Shown here piece after piece: positions 20,881 through 30,268 of a stretch of 64,000 bases of DNA. Source of the stretch: Dehalococcoidia bacterium (lineage in GTDB: Bacteria; Chloroflexota; Dehalococcoidia; Lucifugimonadales; JAGWBF01); NCBI GenBank assembly GCA_965226805.1, contig CBDDDW010000001.1, positions 24,233 through 88,232 on the forward strand, given 5' to 3'. Below the pieces are notes generated by a model. The model saw only the letters and a list, made by a program, of their open reading frames with translations. It searched no databases and was not told the origin of the DNA. Every line of letters begins with the position of its first letter. Positions within the stretch are counted from its first letter, which is position 1. A program made the position numbers and the translations under genes.

Positions 20881-21912
20881 GTGACACCAGCGCTGCCGTC
20901 CCTAGGCCTGAACCTTGCCGGCCTCCACCCCCAGGACAAGGTGCTCCTGGCCAGGGAGGCGGAGGAGGCGGGATTCCACTATGTAACCGTGGGCGACAAC
21001 ATCGACGACGCCTTCGTGTCCCTTGCCAGCATTGCCTCGACAACTACTCGCATCAGGCTGGTCAGCAGCGTGGCCACTTGGACTCGCACCCCGGTCACCA
21101 CCGCCCGGGCCTGTCGCAACCTGGACCTGCTGAGCGACGGCCGGTTCATCCTGGGCATGCTCCCCAGGCCCAGGCGCTGGAACGAGGAGTTCCACGGGAT
21201 ACCGGGAAGGGCCGCGCTCTCCCGCATGCGGGAGTTCGTGAGCCTTGTCCGCATCCTTTGGAGCGCTTCGCCCGCGGAGCCGGTCAGCTACCTGGGCCGG
21301 TTCTACCGGGTATCGGGTTACCGTGTTGCCCTGCCTCCGCCCCAGCGGCCCCTGTCCGTATTCATCGGGGCGACCCGCCTCAGGACTATCCGGGAGACCG
21401 GCGCGTGGGCCGAAGGCATCCTTTTCAACGGCTCCTACACCATCCCATGGATCGAGAAGCGGGCGCTGCCCACCCTCTCGGAAGGAGCCCTCGAGGCGGG
21501 CAGGTCGCCAGGCGACCTGAAGCTGGTCGCGGGCAGATTCGTCTTCCTTACAGAGGGGCCAGAGCAGGTCGAGGTGGCCAAGGCAGCGTTCCGGCGCACA
21601 TGGGCCGCCTTTCCCATGCGTATCGACTACCACCAGCAGCTCATGGCTTCTATCGGCTTTGAGCGGGAGATAGCCAGGGCCGTGACCTGCTTGGCAGCCG
21701 GGGATGAGCAGGGACTCCTGGATGCCATAAGTGACCGCATGGTGGACACCTACGCCATCATCGGGCCCGCCGAGGAATGTATGCGCAGGGTGTCAGAATA
21801 CGCGGCCCTGTTCGACTGGTTCACTCTGATGCCGGCCACGCAGGGCCTGCCCAGACCAGACCGAGTGGCCGCTATCCGGCGTCTGGTCCGGCAGTTCGGG
21901 GATCTCATATAG
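20881..21912 (+). CDS. LLM-class (luciferase-like) flavin/F420-dependent oxidoreductase
   Basis: 343-aa ORF with the layout typical of the luciferase-like monooxygenase family (AEEAGFHYVTVGDN..., RIRLVSSV..., GRFILG). GTG start behind GGAGGGTGGG. Confidence 0.75.
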   Translation: MTPALPSLGLNLAGLHPQDKVLLAREAEEAGFHYVTVGDNIDDAFVSLASIASTTTRIRLVSSVATWTRTPVTTARACRNLDLLSDGRFILGMLPRPRRWNEEFHGIPGRAALSRMREFVSLVRILWSASPAEPVSYLGRFYRVSGYRVALPPPQRPLSVFIGATRLRTIRETGAWAEGILFNGSYTIPWIEKRALPTLSEGALEAGRSPGDLKLVAGRFVFLTEGPEQVEVAKAAFRRTWAAFPMRIDYHQQLMASIGFEREIARAVTCLAAGDEQGLLDAISDRMVDTYAIIGPAEECMRRVSEYAALFDWFTLMPATQGLPRPDRVAAIRRLVRQFGDLI

Positions 21913-22033
21913 AAGAGGCCTGCTCGTCGAGCTTCGCCATCGCCCGAGGGTGCATGCCTGATGGCAGAGTGCAGAACGTCAGGAAAGGTGCTGGCCGAGA
22001 TTGACGAGTAGCTGATTCCGTCTATTTACTGAA

Positions 22034-22075
22034 AGAGCGCAGGTCATTGATGCGCACTTTTTCAGATGGTAGACT
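22034..22075 (+). promoter_or_regulatory. promoter (TTGATG-17-TAGACT) overlapped by inverted repeat GCGCA-N9-TGCGC; copy 1 of 2
   Basis: The sequence is AGAGCGCAGGTCATTGATGCGCACTTTTTCAGATGGTAGACT. The -35 is at 22047-22052 and the -10 at 22070-22075. A nearly identical copy lies at 23345-23386, upstream of the paralogous gene. Confidence 0.55.
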
Positions 22076-22162
22076 ATGTCCCAGCACATCACATTACATC
22101 ACGTCCAGGATGGCGATCAACAAGAGGGACGCTCCGTAAGTAAGAAGGGGCAGGGGGATGGC

Positions 22163-23284
22163 ATGGCTGGATACAGGATAATATCGTCGGACAGCCACGT
22201 GGTAGAGCCTCCGGACCTGTGGACCGCCCGGGCCAAGCCGGAGTTCCGGCACCGCGTTCCACAGCTTGTTCGCGCACATGGTGGCGATTGGTGGTACTGC
22301 GACGGCATTCAGGGGAGTCCGGCCGCCACCGGATCGATGGCTGGGGTGAGGTTCGATCAGCCGGAGAAGCTCAGCATGACGGATACTTTTGAAAACGTGC
22401 GGCCCGGAGCATACATCCCCGAGGAACACGTTAAGGACATGGCCATCGATGGCGTAGACGTGGGCATAATCTACCCCAGCGCGGGCCTCATGCTGTTCAG
22501 CGTTCCGGATACCGAGCTCGTTAGCGCTATGTTTGGCACCTACAATGACTGGATCGCCGAGTTCTGCGGCGCCTTTCCCGACCGGCTCAAGGGAATCGGC
22601 ATGGTCAACGTAGACGACGTGGGGGATAGTGTAAAGGAGCTGGAGAGTTGCGAGAAGAAAGGGCTCGCGGGAGCCATGATCACCGTGTACCCTCCGACGG
22701 AGAAGTCCTACGACCTGCCGGAATATGAGCCCCTGTGGGCCGCCGCCGAGGAGATGGGAATGCCCCTTAGCCTTCACTCAGGGACAAATCGCCGACGGGG
22801 TGCGGGCGAAGTTTTTGAGGGTAACGACTCCGTTAAACCCTCCTGGGTATGTAACCTGGACTATTGGGTCCGCATGTCCCTTACCAACATGATATTCAGC
22901 GGAGTTTTCGAGCGACATCCCAAGCTACAAGTAGGGTCGGTGGAGATGGAGCTGTCCTGGGCACCACATTTCCTCGACCGGATGGACACGCTGTACACAC
23001 AAAAGACCTCCGATTTCGCCCCGTACCGCTTCAAGGAAGACATGCTGCCCAGCGACTACTTTCACCGCAACGTGTTTCTCGGCTTCCAGGAAGATGCCTT
23101 TGGCATAACGAATCGCCAAATCATCGGGGTAGACAGTTTGGTGTGGGGTTCGGATTATCCCCATCAAGAGTCTACCTTCCCAAGAAGCCGGGAAATCCTG
23201 GAAGACATCCTGGGGGATTGCACCAAAGAGGAGAAGGCGAAGATCGCCGGCGGAAACGCCGCCAGGATTTACAATATCGATTAG
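22163..23284 (+). CDS. amidohydrolase-2 family hydrolase/decarboxylase (ACMSD-like)
   Basis: Track ORF 22076-23284. The start is placed at MAGYRIISSDSHVVEPPDLW, by analogy with the paralogue at 23465. The C-terminal WGSDYPHQESTFP motif is present. Confidence 0.85.
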   Translation: MAGYRIISSDSHVVEPPDLWTARAKPEFRHRVPQLVRAHGGDWWYCDGIQGSPAATGSMAGVRFDQPEKLSMTDTFENVRPGAYIPEEHVKDMAIDGVDVGIIYPSAGLMLFSVPDTELVSAMFGTYNDWIAEFCGAFPDRLKGIGMVNVDDVGDSVKELESCEKKGLAGAMITVYPPTEKSYDLPEYEPLWAAAEEMGMPLSLHSGTNRRRGAGEVFEGNDSVKPSWVCNLDYWVRMSLTNMIFSGVFERHPKLQVGSVEMELSWAPHFLDRMDTLYTQKTSDFAPYRFKEDMLPSDYFHRNVFLGFQEDAFGITNRQIIGVDSLVWGSDYPHQESTFPRSREILEDILGDCTKEEKAKIAGGNAARIYNID

Positions 23285-23344
23285 GTATCAAAGCCCCATC
23301 CTCAGCGCTGCCGTCCACAGGCCTGATGCCGTGTGTCTACCAGA

Positions 23345-23386
23345 AGAGCGCAGGTCGTTGATGCGCACTTTTTCACGTGGTAGACT
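23345..23386 (+). promoter_or_regulatory. promoter (TTGATG-17-TAGACT) with GCGCA-N9-TGCGC inverted repeat; copy 2 of 2
   Basis: The sequence is AGAGCGCAGGTCGTTGATGCGCACTTTTTCACGTGGTAGACT. The -35 is at 23358-23363 and the -10 at 23381-23386. It differs from copy 1 only at a few spacer positions. Confidence 0.55.
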
Positions 23387-23464
23387 ACGTCAAAACCACA
23401 TCACCGCACGTCCAGGTTAGCGCCGAATAAGAGGCCCCACCGCGAGATGGGCAGGGGGTAAGTC

Positions 23465-24554
23465 ATGGCCGGATACAGGATAATATCCTCGGACAGTCAC
23501 GTTATCGAACCGCCTGACCTGTGGACCACTCGAGTCGAGCCCAGGTTCAGAGACCGCGCCCCGCGAGTAGTGCGGTCCGAAGACGGCGGAGATTGGTGGT
23601 ACTGCGACGGAATCAAGGGCAGCCCTGCCGCAGCCGGCGCCCAGACCGGCAGACGCTTTGAAGCCCCCGAGAATCTGACCTATGAGGAGAAATACGAGGA
23701 CGTGCGGCCCGGCGGATATGTACCTCGACGGAGTGGACGTAGGCATAATCTACCCCACGACAGGCCTTAATCTTTACGCCGTCCCGGATGGCGAGCTCTT
23801 GACCGCCATGTTCAAGGTCTACAACGACTGGCTGGCCGAGTTTTGCCGCCCGTTCCCCAACCGTCTCCAGGGTATCGCCATGCTCAACGTAGACGACGTG
23901 CCCTCGGCCGTGAATGAGCTGGAAAGGTGTGCGGGAATGGGGCTGGCCGGGGCGATGATCACGGTATACCCGCCTGAGGACAGGTCCTACGACTCCCCCG
24001 AATATGAGCCTCTATGGGCTACGGCGGAACACCTGGCGATGCCCCTTAGTCTGCACTTTCTCACGAACCGCGTTACGACGGCACAGGTGGCGGCGGCGGA
24101 CTTCACGGCGGCCTACTACGCCAACATTGACCACTGGGTACGAATGTCCCTTGCATACATGATCTACAGCGGAGTATTCGAGAGGTACCCCAGGCTACAC
24201 GTGGGGTCGGTGGAGATGGAGCTGTCCTGGGTCCCCCATTTTCTGGAGAGAATAGACTACAACTACACCCAGAGAGTGCACGTCGCAAGCTGGTACAACT
24301 TCACCGAAAACATGCTCCCCAGCGACTATTTTCACCAGAACGGGTTTGTGGGTTTCCAGGAAGATATTCTGGGGATGCGGTTAAGGGACGTCATAGGAGT
24401 CGATAACCTCATGTGGGGCTCCGACTACCCACACATCGAGTCTACCTTCCCCAGGAGCCGCCAGATCCTCGAAGAGATCATGGCCGATTGCACGGAAGAG
24501 GAGCGCGCCAAGATCGCGGGGATGAACGCTGCCCGGGTCTACGACTTCGATTAG
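23465..24554 (+). pseudogene. amidohydrolase-2 paralogue disrupted by a 26-nt deletion (frameshift)
   Basis: Track ORFs 23465-23770 and 23682-24554 are the two halves. Compared with the upstream paralogue, the stretch between VRPGGY and DMYLDGVDVGIIYP lacks 26 nt (72 nt versus 46 nt by hand count). The junction is at GATAT, 23715-23719. Confidence 0.75.
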
Positions 24555-24700
24555 CTAAGCTACTAGAGCCCCCACACTCATTGCAACAAACTAAAGCCAA
24601 TCGCGACGCGGCTGGATTCCAATTACAAGGCAATCGCAGAATTCTGGGTGTCCATCCTTTTACCATCCAGCTTCTGCTCCTGGATGTTGCTGACAGGCGG

Positions 24701-24988
24701 CTAACCGCTATGGCACTTCTTGTACTTCTTGCCGCTACCGCACGGGCACCTTTCGTTGCGCCCCACCTTACGACCCTGGGTTGCGTTATCAAACCGGCGC
24801 TGCGCCGCCCGCCGCGTCTCACAATCGGCACAGGTGCAGGCCGCTCCATGGCCTTCGTACCAGTTAGTGCGTTCCTTTGCTACGAGCATGTTTTCTCTCA
24901 GGATTCCGAAGCTCTTCTCAAAGCCCCCAGACTCGCGCCGCGTTTCCGCTGTTACAGGCAGTCCAAGAAACCTTATGTTATCACGCAA
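24701..24988 (-). CDS. SEC-C motif domain protein
   Basis: The C-terminal RCPCGSGKKYKKCH is the SecA-type metal-binding (SEC-C) motif. The plus-strand ORFs overlapping this region have no recognisable content. Confidence 0.7.
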   Translation of the reverse strand: MRDNIRFLGLPVTAETRRESGGFEKSFGILRENMLVAKERTNWYEGHGAACTCADCETRRAAQRRFDNATQGRKVGRNERCPCGSGKKYKKCHSG

Positions 24989-25118
24989 GGCGTGTCAATC
25001 GCGGGGTATGCGACCTCAACCTCCAGTCCTGAGGCCCAAAGGCGTAGTCCACCCGCTTGATGATATAATCAGTGGCAGCCCCGGACCTAGTATTTTTCTC
25101 TAAGAGGGAGGTGCCATC

Positions 25119-25541
25119 GTGGAGAACCGCAGCCCGGCATCCGTTTTGTTACTCGCGATAGTAACGCTCGGCTTATATGGCTTAGTTTGGCTGAACAAAA
25201 CGAGGAATGAGATGGTTGCTCAAGGTGCCGACATAAAGGCCACCTGGATGGTGCTTGTCCCCATAGTGAATTTGATCTGGGCGCTGAAGTATTCCCAAGG
25301 CGTAGCGAAGGTTACCAATGGGGCAATGGGTACTGGTATGGCGTTCGTTCTCCTCACCTTTGCCGGTCCCGTAGGCGGCGCCATAATACAGGGCGAGTTT
25401 AACAAAGTTGCCGCGGCGCCAGAAGCCCCTGCTCCAGAACCCGCCGCCGCTGAGGAACCAGCAGCCGCGGCTGAGGAGCCGGCGGGGGACGCTGAGGAAC
25501 CGAGCTCCACCGACGATGACGGGGATAAGTCTGAGACGTAG
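25119..25541 (+). CDS. DUF4234-like small membrane protein with acidic Ala/Pro/Glu-rich tail
   Basis: LLLAIVTLGLYGLVWLNKTRNEM resembles the DUF4234 signature (GIYGLYWLY). There are two or three TM segments. GTG start 5 nt after GGGAGGTG. Confidence 0.6.
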   Translation: MENRSPASVLLLAIVTLGLYGLVWLNKTRNEMVAQGADIKATWMVLVPIVNLIWALKYSQGVAKVTNGAMGTGMAFVLLTFAGPVGGAIIQGEFNKVAAAPEAPAPEPAAAEEPAAAAEEPAGDAEEPSSTDDDGDKSET

Positions 25542-25785
25542 CACTCGGTTCTCTACAATAACGATCCTCTATCCCATCTGCTACGCATCCCTCCATTCCT
25601 GCCTGGGATCGCACTCACCGAACTTTCGGAGCCCGCGAGTCGAGGCCAAATCGGACCCGTGGGACTCCCCAAATGGGAGTTGCTGACTTTCCCGCGGCCC
25701 GGTTCTGACTAACCCCCTACACGGCCCCGCGGCTGGATATCAACCTGGTGTCAAGTCCTGGGGAGTACTGTCGCGGGGAACCGGG

Positions 25786-26976
25786 CTACTCAGCCCGCGC
25801 GAATCCAGTTTGCTCAAACACACGAACCTCGGTCCACACGAATACACTACCGTTGGTGGCCGAGGATGGAGGGAATACGAGGGAAGTGAAGCCCGGAGGG
25901 TCGCATGTATGATGGCCGGCATACTGGGCCAGGCCGGGGGGAGTAAGGGCTTCGCCGGCTTCCTGCCAGGTTTCACCCCTATCCGTGGAGCGGTGCAAGC
26001 CACCACACACTTTGCTGGTGAAGAGAGTGTGGTCGGTGGCAAAGTCGGGAGACACAACCACCCAGGGCTCAAAGTTGCCCTCCAAGACTTCATCGTAGCC
26101 GTACACAGCCTCCCAGTTAACGCCTCGGTCCGTGGAGCGGAGCAGGCTATCCAAGGTCGCCGCGTACAGGGTGCCGTCGGTATCGAAGGACGGGGCGATG
26201 ACCAGCCGGGTGTTGACCCACAGGACCCGTTCGATCCCAAAGTTCTGTACTATCTCATGCCAGCCGTCACCTCGGTCTTTCGAGCGGAACAACGAAGGTG
26301 CGGTGTCCCAGTTCCGATTCCGGGCCACCGCAAACAGCGTGTTGTCTGTGGCGAAGGATGGAGAGAGGGCAATGTTTATTATCCAGGAATCGGTAAGGTC
26401 GTGGCCCGCGTTGTGCCAAGTATCCCCTCGGTCCCTGGAGCGAAACAGGCCGTTCCACGTTGCCAGGTACACGGTGTCGTCGGCGTCAAAAGATGGGGAG
26501 AATTCAAAGTCCGTCACACCGTAGTATCCACAGCACTCCCCCACATCCTCGTACCTGGGGAGGCCCCGAGTGACTTTCTTCCAGCTATCTCCCCCATCGG
26601 TTGACCGGAAGACACCGCCGGACCCCCTACCCGCGAAGAGCGTGTTGTCCGAGGCGAAGGCAGGGGAGACCACCACCCACGGCTGGGAAGACCCTCGTCG
26701 TCCCTCGTAGACTTCCTCCCACGTGTCACCACCATCGGTCGAGCGGAACACACCAAGGTCCCAGCCCGAAAGTCCAATGAAAAGGGTGTCATCGCTGGAG
26801 TAAGCTGGTGAGAAGGCCAGGGAGGTGACATCGATGCCCGCCGGGCCTATGGCGCGCCATTCTTCTCCGCCAGGCGATGGGGTCCCAGCGACCGTTTCGA
26901 ACGACTGGACCCCACCGCAAGAAGCCAGGATAACACCCAGCACGAGCAGAGAGACAATAGGCAGAAGACGCGTCAT
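25786..26976 (-). CDS. BNR/Asp-box repeat beta-propeller lipoprotein (Ycf48/sialidase-like fold)
   Basis: Lipoprotein signal MTRLLPIVSLLVLGVILASCGG. Repeated SxDxGxTW boxes are present: FRSTDGGDTW, FRSTDGGDSW, FRSRDRGDTW, HRSTDRGETW. Confidence 0.8.
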   Translation of the reverse strand: MTRLLPIVSLLVLGVILASCGGVQSFETVAGTPSPGGEEWRAIGPAGIDVTSLAFSPAYSSDDTLFIGLSGWDLGVFRSTDGGDTWEEVYEGRRGSSQPWVVVSPAFASDNTLFAGRGSGGVFRSTDGGDSWKKVTRGLPRYEDVGECCGYYGVTDFEFSPSFDADDTVYLATWNGLFRSRDRGDTWHNAGHDLTDSWIINIALSPSFATDNTLFAVARNRNWDTAPSLFRSKDRGDGWHEIVQNFGIERVLWVNTRLVIAPSFDTDGTLYAATLDSLLRSTDRGVNWEAVYGYDEVLEGNFEPWVVVSPDFATDHTLFTSKVCGGLHRSTDRGETWQEAGEALTPPGLAQYAGHHTCDPPGFTSLVFPPSSATNGSVFVWTEVRVFEQTGFARAE

Positions 26977-27456
26977 CTACGCGCACCTTCCACTTTCTTG
27001 GACAGCCCCACCCCTGCCAAGGCGAGCCCACCTCCAACCAGGGTCAGCGAAAAGACCCGTTCCCCAATCCCCCGACCGGAACACAGCCATTCCGTAGTCA
27101 TGGTAGTACTGCCAAAATTCGTAGCCAAAATGGGCGAGCACAGGGAACGTGGCCATCACCAGCCCCGCGATCGTCGTTATCAGCCATCGAAGAGCCGAGC
27201 CACGGCGTGAGAAATTGATAAAATTGGCCACGCCTCCCAGAAAAGTGACAGCGACTCCCACAACGGCCCCGAAAGCCAGAAGGGTCAAGGGCAAGGGAAG
27301 GTTATACCCCGCCTCAAATCGTTGGGATGGCTGAATGTAGTCAATTCCCCTGCCGTCCCCCGTCCAGTTTAAGAACAACGCAACCAGTCCCAAAGTGGCA
27401 CCCGCCAGAAGTAGTATGGAAGCCGCTACCCTCATTACCAAGCCAGCCCTTCCCAC
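26977..27456 (-). CDS. hypothetical integral membrane protein
   Basis: 159-aa ORF with about 4 hydrophobic segments. Its stop TAG (26977-26979) abuts the ATG of the BNR gene (26976), and its start abuts the stop of ORF 27457-27726, which suggests translational coupling. Confidence 0.55.
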   Translation of the reverse strand: MGRAGLVMRVAASILLLAGATLGLVALFLNWTGDGRGIDYIQPSQRFEAGYNLPLPLTLLAFGAVVGVAVTFLGGVANFINFSRRGSALRWLITTIAGLVMATFPVLAHFGYEFWQYYHDYGMAVFRSGDWGTGLFADPGWRWARLGRGGAVQESGRCA

Positions 27457-27726
27457 TTACGCCAACGCCCGCGCCCGGCATTCGGGGCAGCCGCAACCTA
27501 GTTTGATCATGAAGAGTCCTCTGTATAGGGCGATTATCGATTCCTTATGGGTCAAAGCGAACGAGCGACCCATTGCCAGGTACTCCCCCATTCGGTGCGT
27601 CCGTTCCTGTTCCTCTTTGGGAGGGAGGCTTTCTCGCTGGAGTGTGACGAGCCTCGCGTAGTTCCTGAGGACAGCCTGGTCCCGGGCCATCGTTTTCTTT
27701 GGATACGCCAAGATGAGGCTGTTCAT
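27457..27726 (-). CDS. hypothetical small protein (C-terminal GCGCPEC motif)
   Basis: 89-aa ORF and the first gene of an apparent 3-gene operon (27726 to 25786). No family was recognised. Confidence 0.4.
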   Translation of the reverse strand: MNSLILAYPKKTMARDQAVLRNYARLVTLQRESLPPKEEQERTHRMGEYLAMGRSFALTHKESIIALYRGLFMIKLGCGCPECRARALA

Positions 27727-27866
27727 CTTCCACCTCCTCCGCCAAACTCCCTTATCTTTTAGACGTGGGATGAGGGGGATTTGTTCCCAACCGTGATTCT
27801 CCGATCAAACATAGCCATTTCCTCACACGCGGACACTCGCTACACGGTGACCTTGTTGCTTCGATT

Positions 27867-29099
27867 CTAGCTCGAGTCATGTCCCACCAAGAGCTGCCTC
27901 AGGGCGAGGAAAGATATGAAAACTGCCGTTGAAGCCACGATTATACCCCCGAGGCTCATCGTTGACTGGACCCCGACGTACTGTCCCATGGTGCCCATCA
28001 GCACGCCGCCCAGAGCCGCCGCGCCCCAGGTAAACTGTTCGAGGCTCATGACCCTGCCCCGGAATTCGTCGGCGGCCAGGGTTTGCATCAGGGTCGTGCT
28101 CATGGTCTGGAACACCACACGACAGGCTCCCACGACGGCTATCACCAGAGCGGCGGCCAAAAGCCAGTCCGCTCGTGAGAACAGTAAGAGACCCACGCCG
28201 AAGCCGACTCCAGCCAAGACGTAGAGTCTAGCCGGACGGACTCTAAGTCCCAAGAGGACTATTGCCGCCGTGGCAGCTAGGCCCCCGGCGCCTTCAGAAA
28301 GCAACAGCCGGCTGTACGTATTGATGCCGCCCGCTACCACCTTGTCGGAAAAGACAGGAAGAAGAACCTCGTAGGATGAGCCGAAGATGCCCATGACCAT
28401 CCCTATGACAACAACACCTTGGATGGCGTTGTTCCGCCGCACATAGGAAAACCCCTCCAGTACCCCGCGCAGCATGGAAGAAGGGCGGTTTTCCGGCCGA
28501 TGACCAACCGGGCTCATGAGCATCAGTGTGAGTACCGTCAGGATGTACGCCCCGCCTATGATGAAGAACACGCCTTCGAGCCCCCATAGGTCCACCAGCG
28601 GGACGAAAACCGCCGGACCTAGAACCGCCGCCACACCAGAGACGAGAGAATAAAGAGCAATGGCGCTTGCGAGTTGGTGTCGAGGTACAAGGGCAGGGAG
28701 CATGGCCGCTCGGGACGGGATATCGAACGAGAGCAGGACTCCGGTGCCTACCGAGATGGCGATGATGTGCCACGGCTCGACCAGGTCCGTGGCAACCAGC
28801 ATCCCAGTCAGAATAGCTAATGCGGCGAACATCCCACGCGTAACGCGAACCAGCCTCAGCCGGTTCGTTCGGTCGGCGAGCACTCCTCCCCAGACGGAGA
28901 AGAAGAGGACCGGGCCAAGACTAGCCGTCGTGGAAAGGCCCACCATCAAGGGGGAGTCGGTGAGCCTATGCATTAGCCACAGCCGGCCGTAGATAAGCGC
29001 CCACATGCCTACATTGGAAAAAGCGGCAGCCAGCCAAAAGAGCCGATATTCCCGGTGTCGGAAGACAGCGAAACCCGTCTTCTCTACCCAGGTCGGCAT
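27867..29099 (-). CDS. MFS transporter (MFS_3/EntS-like)
   Basis: 410 aa with about 12 TM segments. REYRLFWLAAAFSNVGMW and GGVLADRTNRLRLV are typical of this MFS subfamily. Confidence 0.8.
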   Translation of the reverse strand: MPTWVEKTGFAVFRHREYRLFWLAAAFSNVGMWALIYGRLWLMHRLTDSPLMVGLSTTASLGPVLFFSVWGGVLADRTNRLRLVRVTRGMFAALAILTGMLVATDLVEPWHIIAISVGTGVLLSFDIPSRAAMLPALVPRHQLASAIALYSLVSGVAAVLGPAVFVPLVDLWGLEGVFFIIGGAYILTVLTLMLMSPVGHRPENRPSSMLRGVLEGFSYVRRNNAIQGVVVIGMVMGIFGSSYEVLLPVFSDKVVAGGINTYSRLLLSEGAGGLAATAAIVLLGLRVRPARLYVLAGVGFGVGLLLFSRADWLLAAALVIAVVGACRVVFQTMSTTLMQTLAADEFRGRVMSLEQFTWGAAALGGVLMGTMGQYVGVQSTMSLGGIIVASTAVFISFLALRQLLVGHDSS

Positions 29100-29218
29100 G
29101 GACGGCGGGGCTTCACTATGAAAGGCCCTGATATCCTCTCTTTGGGCATCGTGCCATCATAGACGATAAAGAAGGCTCTTGAAAGCCTCGCCCCGAGGTA
29201 TGCCGACTCGAAGTTGTC

Positions 29219-30268
29219 CTACCCGCCGGTGGCGCCGCCGATGTCCCTGCGCTGAAACGCCCAGAGGGCCAGCCCGCCGAGGACTGCCATGTAAGTCATG
29301 AGCACCAGGAATGCGTGAAGCATGCCGGGGAAGTCACCGATAGGGGTACTAGTGAAGAACAGGCCGCTGAACTCGTCGCGTCCGTTCCCCATCATCCACG
29401 CGGTGATATTCCTTCCCAGCAGGTAGTCGGCCACATTCTGACCCCAATCAAACAGGTTGACCAGGAGCGCCACAAAGAGCAATTCGCTGAAGAAGTAACC
29501 GAATACCACGGTTATGCCCGCTATGGACGATGAGGTCACGACTGTGACGAGGCCTGCGAGGACAACATAAGGCAACAGAGAAAACGCGGTCCTCCCGAGG
29601 GTGGTTGCTGCTTCGGTCCACTCCGCCTGCGGGACCGGCTCTTCCGATACAAGCGCCCCCACGATCGCGCTGCTGACAGCGGTGGTCGCTGCGATGATGG
29701 CCAGCACGGCCGCGGAGAAAAGGGCCACGAGCACCAGCTTAGAAGACAGGACCTGCCATCTCCCCGTCCCCCGAGCAAGCACCAAGCGCAACGTTCCCCA
29801 GCCGAACTCAGAGCCCACCATGGACGCCGCCATGGTCGCGAAGAGTAACACGCCCAACCCGTGGGTCAGATTAAGCCCATTGATCAAACTCCCCGGAAGG
29901 GTGATGCGGCGGAGCACGTCCATCCGGTCTCCCCTATCTCTCTCCAACGACCGCTCGCAGCTCCGCGTAAAATCTTCTGTGGCGGAGCGCATCTCCTGTG
30001 GAAGCTCTTCCGGGAAGGGTCCCGCTAAGACATCGCTGCAGGTCAACTCAACGTGTTGAAAACGAGATTGGCCGCCGCCCTCGGACCCGACGGGGACGGT
30101 ATAACTGAAAGCGCTACTGTCGCGAGTACTCGGGGGATAGGCGAAGTAGGTACCCCAGAGGGTCGCCTGTGTAAGGAACAGAAGAACCGCCAGCAATATC
30201 CAGGGCATCAAGCGCCGCTGGGTTTTGAACCATTCCCAACGTACAAGGCTCGCGAAATGCAAAATCAT
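29219..30268 (-). CDS. ABC-2-type transporter permease
   Basis: 349 aa. An N-terminal TM is followed by a large extracytoplasmic loop and then 5 TM segments. The gene overlaps the upstream ATPase gene by 4 nt. Confidence 0.7.
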   Translation of the reverse strand: MILHFASLVRWEWFKTQRRLMPWILLAVLLFLTQATLWGTYFAYPPSTRDSSAFSYTVPVGSEGGGQSRFQHVELTCSDVLAGPFPEELPQEMRSATEDFTRSCERSLERDRGDRMDVLRRITLPGSLINGLNLTHGLGVLLFATMAASMVGSEFGWGTLRLVLARGTGRWQVLSSKLVLVALFSAAVLAIIAATTAVSSAIVGALVSEEPVPQAEWTEAATTLGRTAFSLLPYVVLAGLVTVVTSSSIAGITVVFGYFFSELLFVALLVNLFDWGQNVADYLLGRNITAWMMGNGRDEFSGLFFTSTPIGDFPGMLHAFLVLMTYMAVLGGLALWAFQRRDIGGATGG

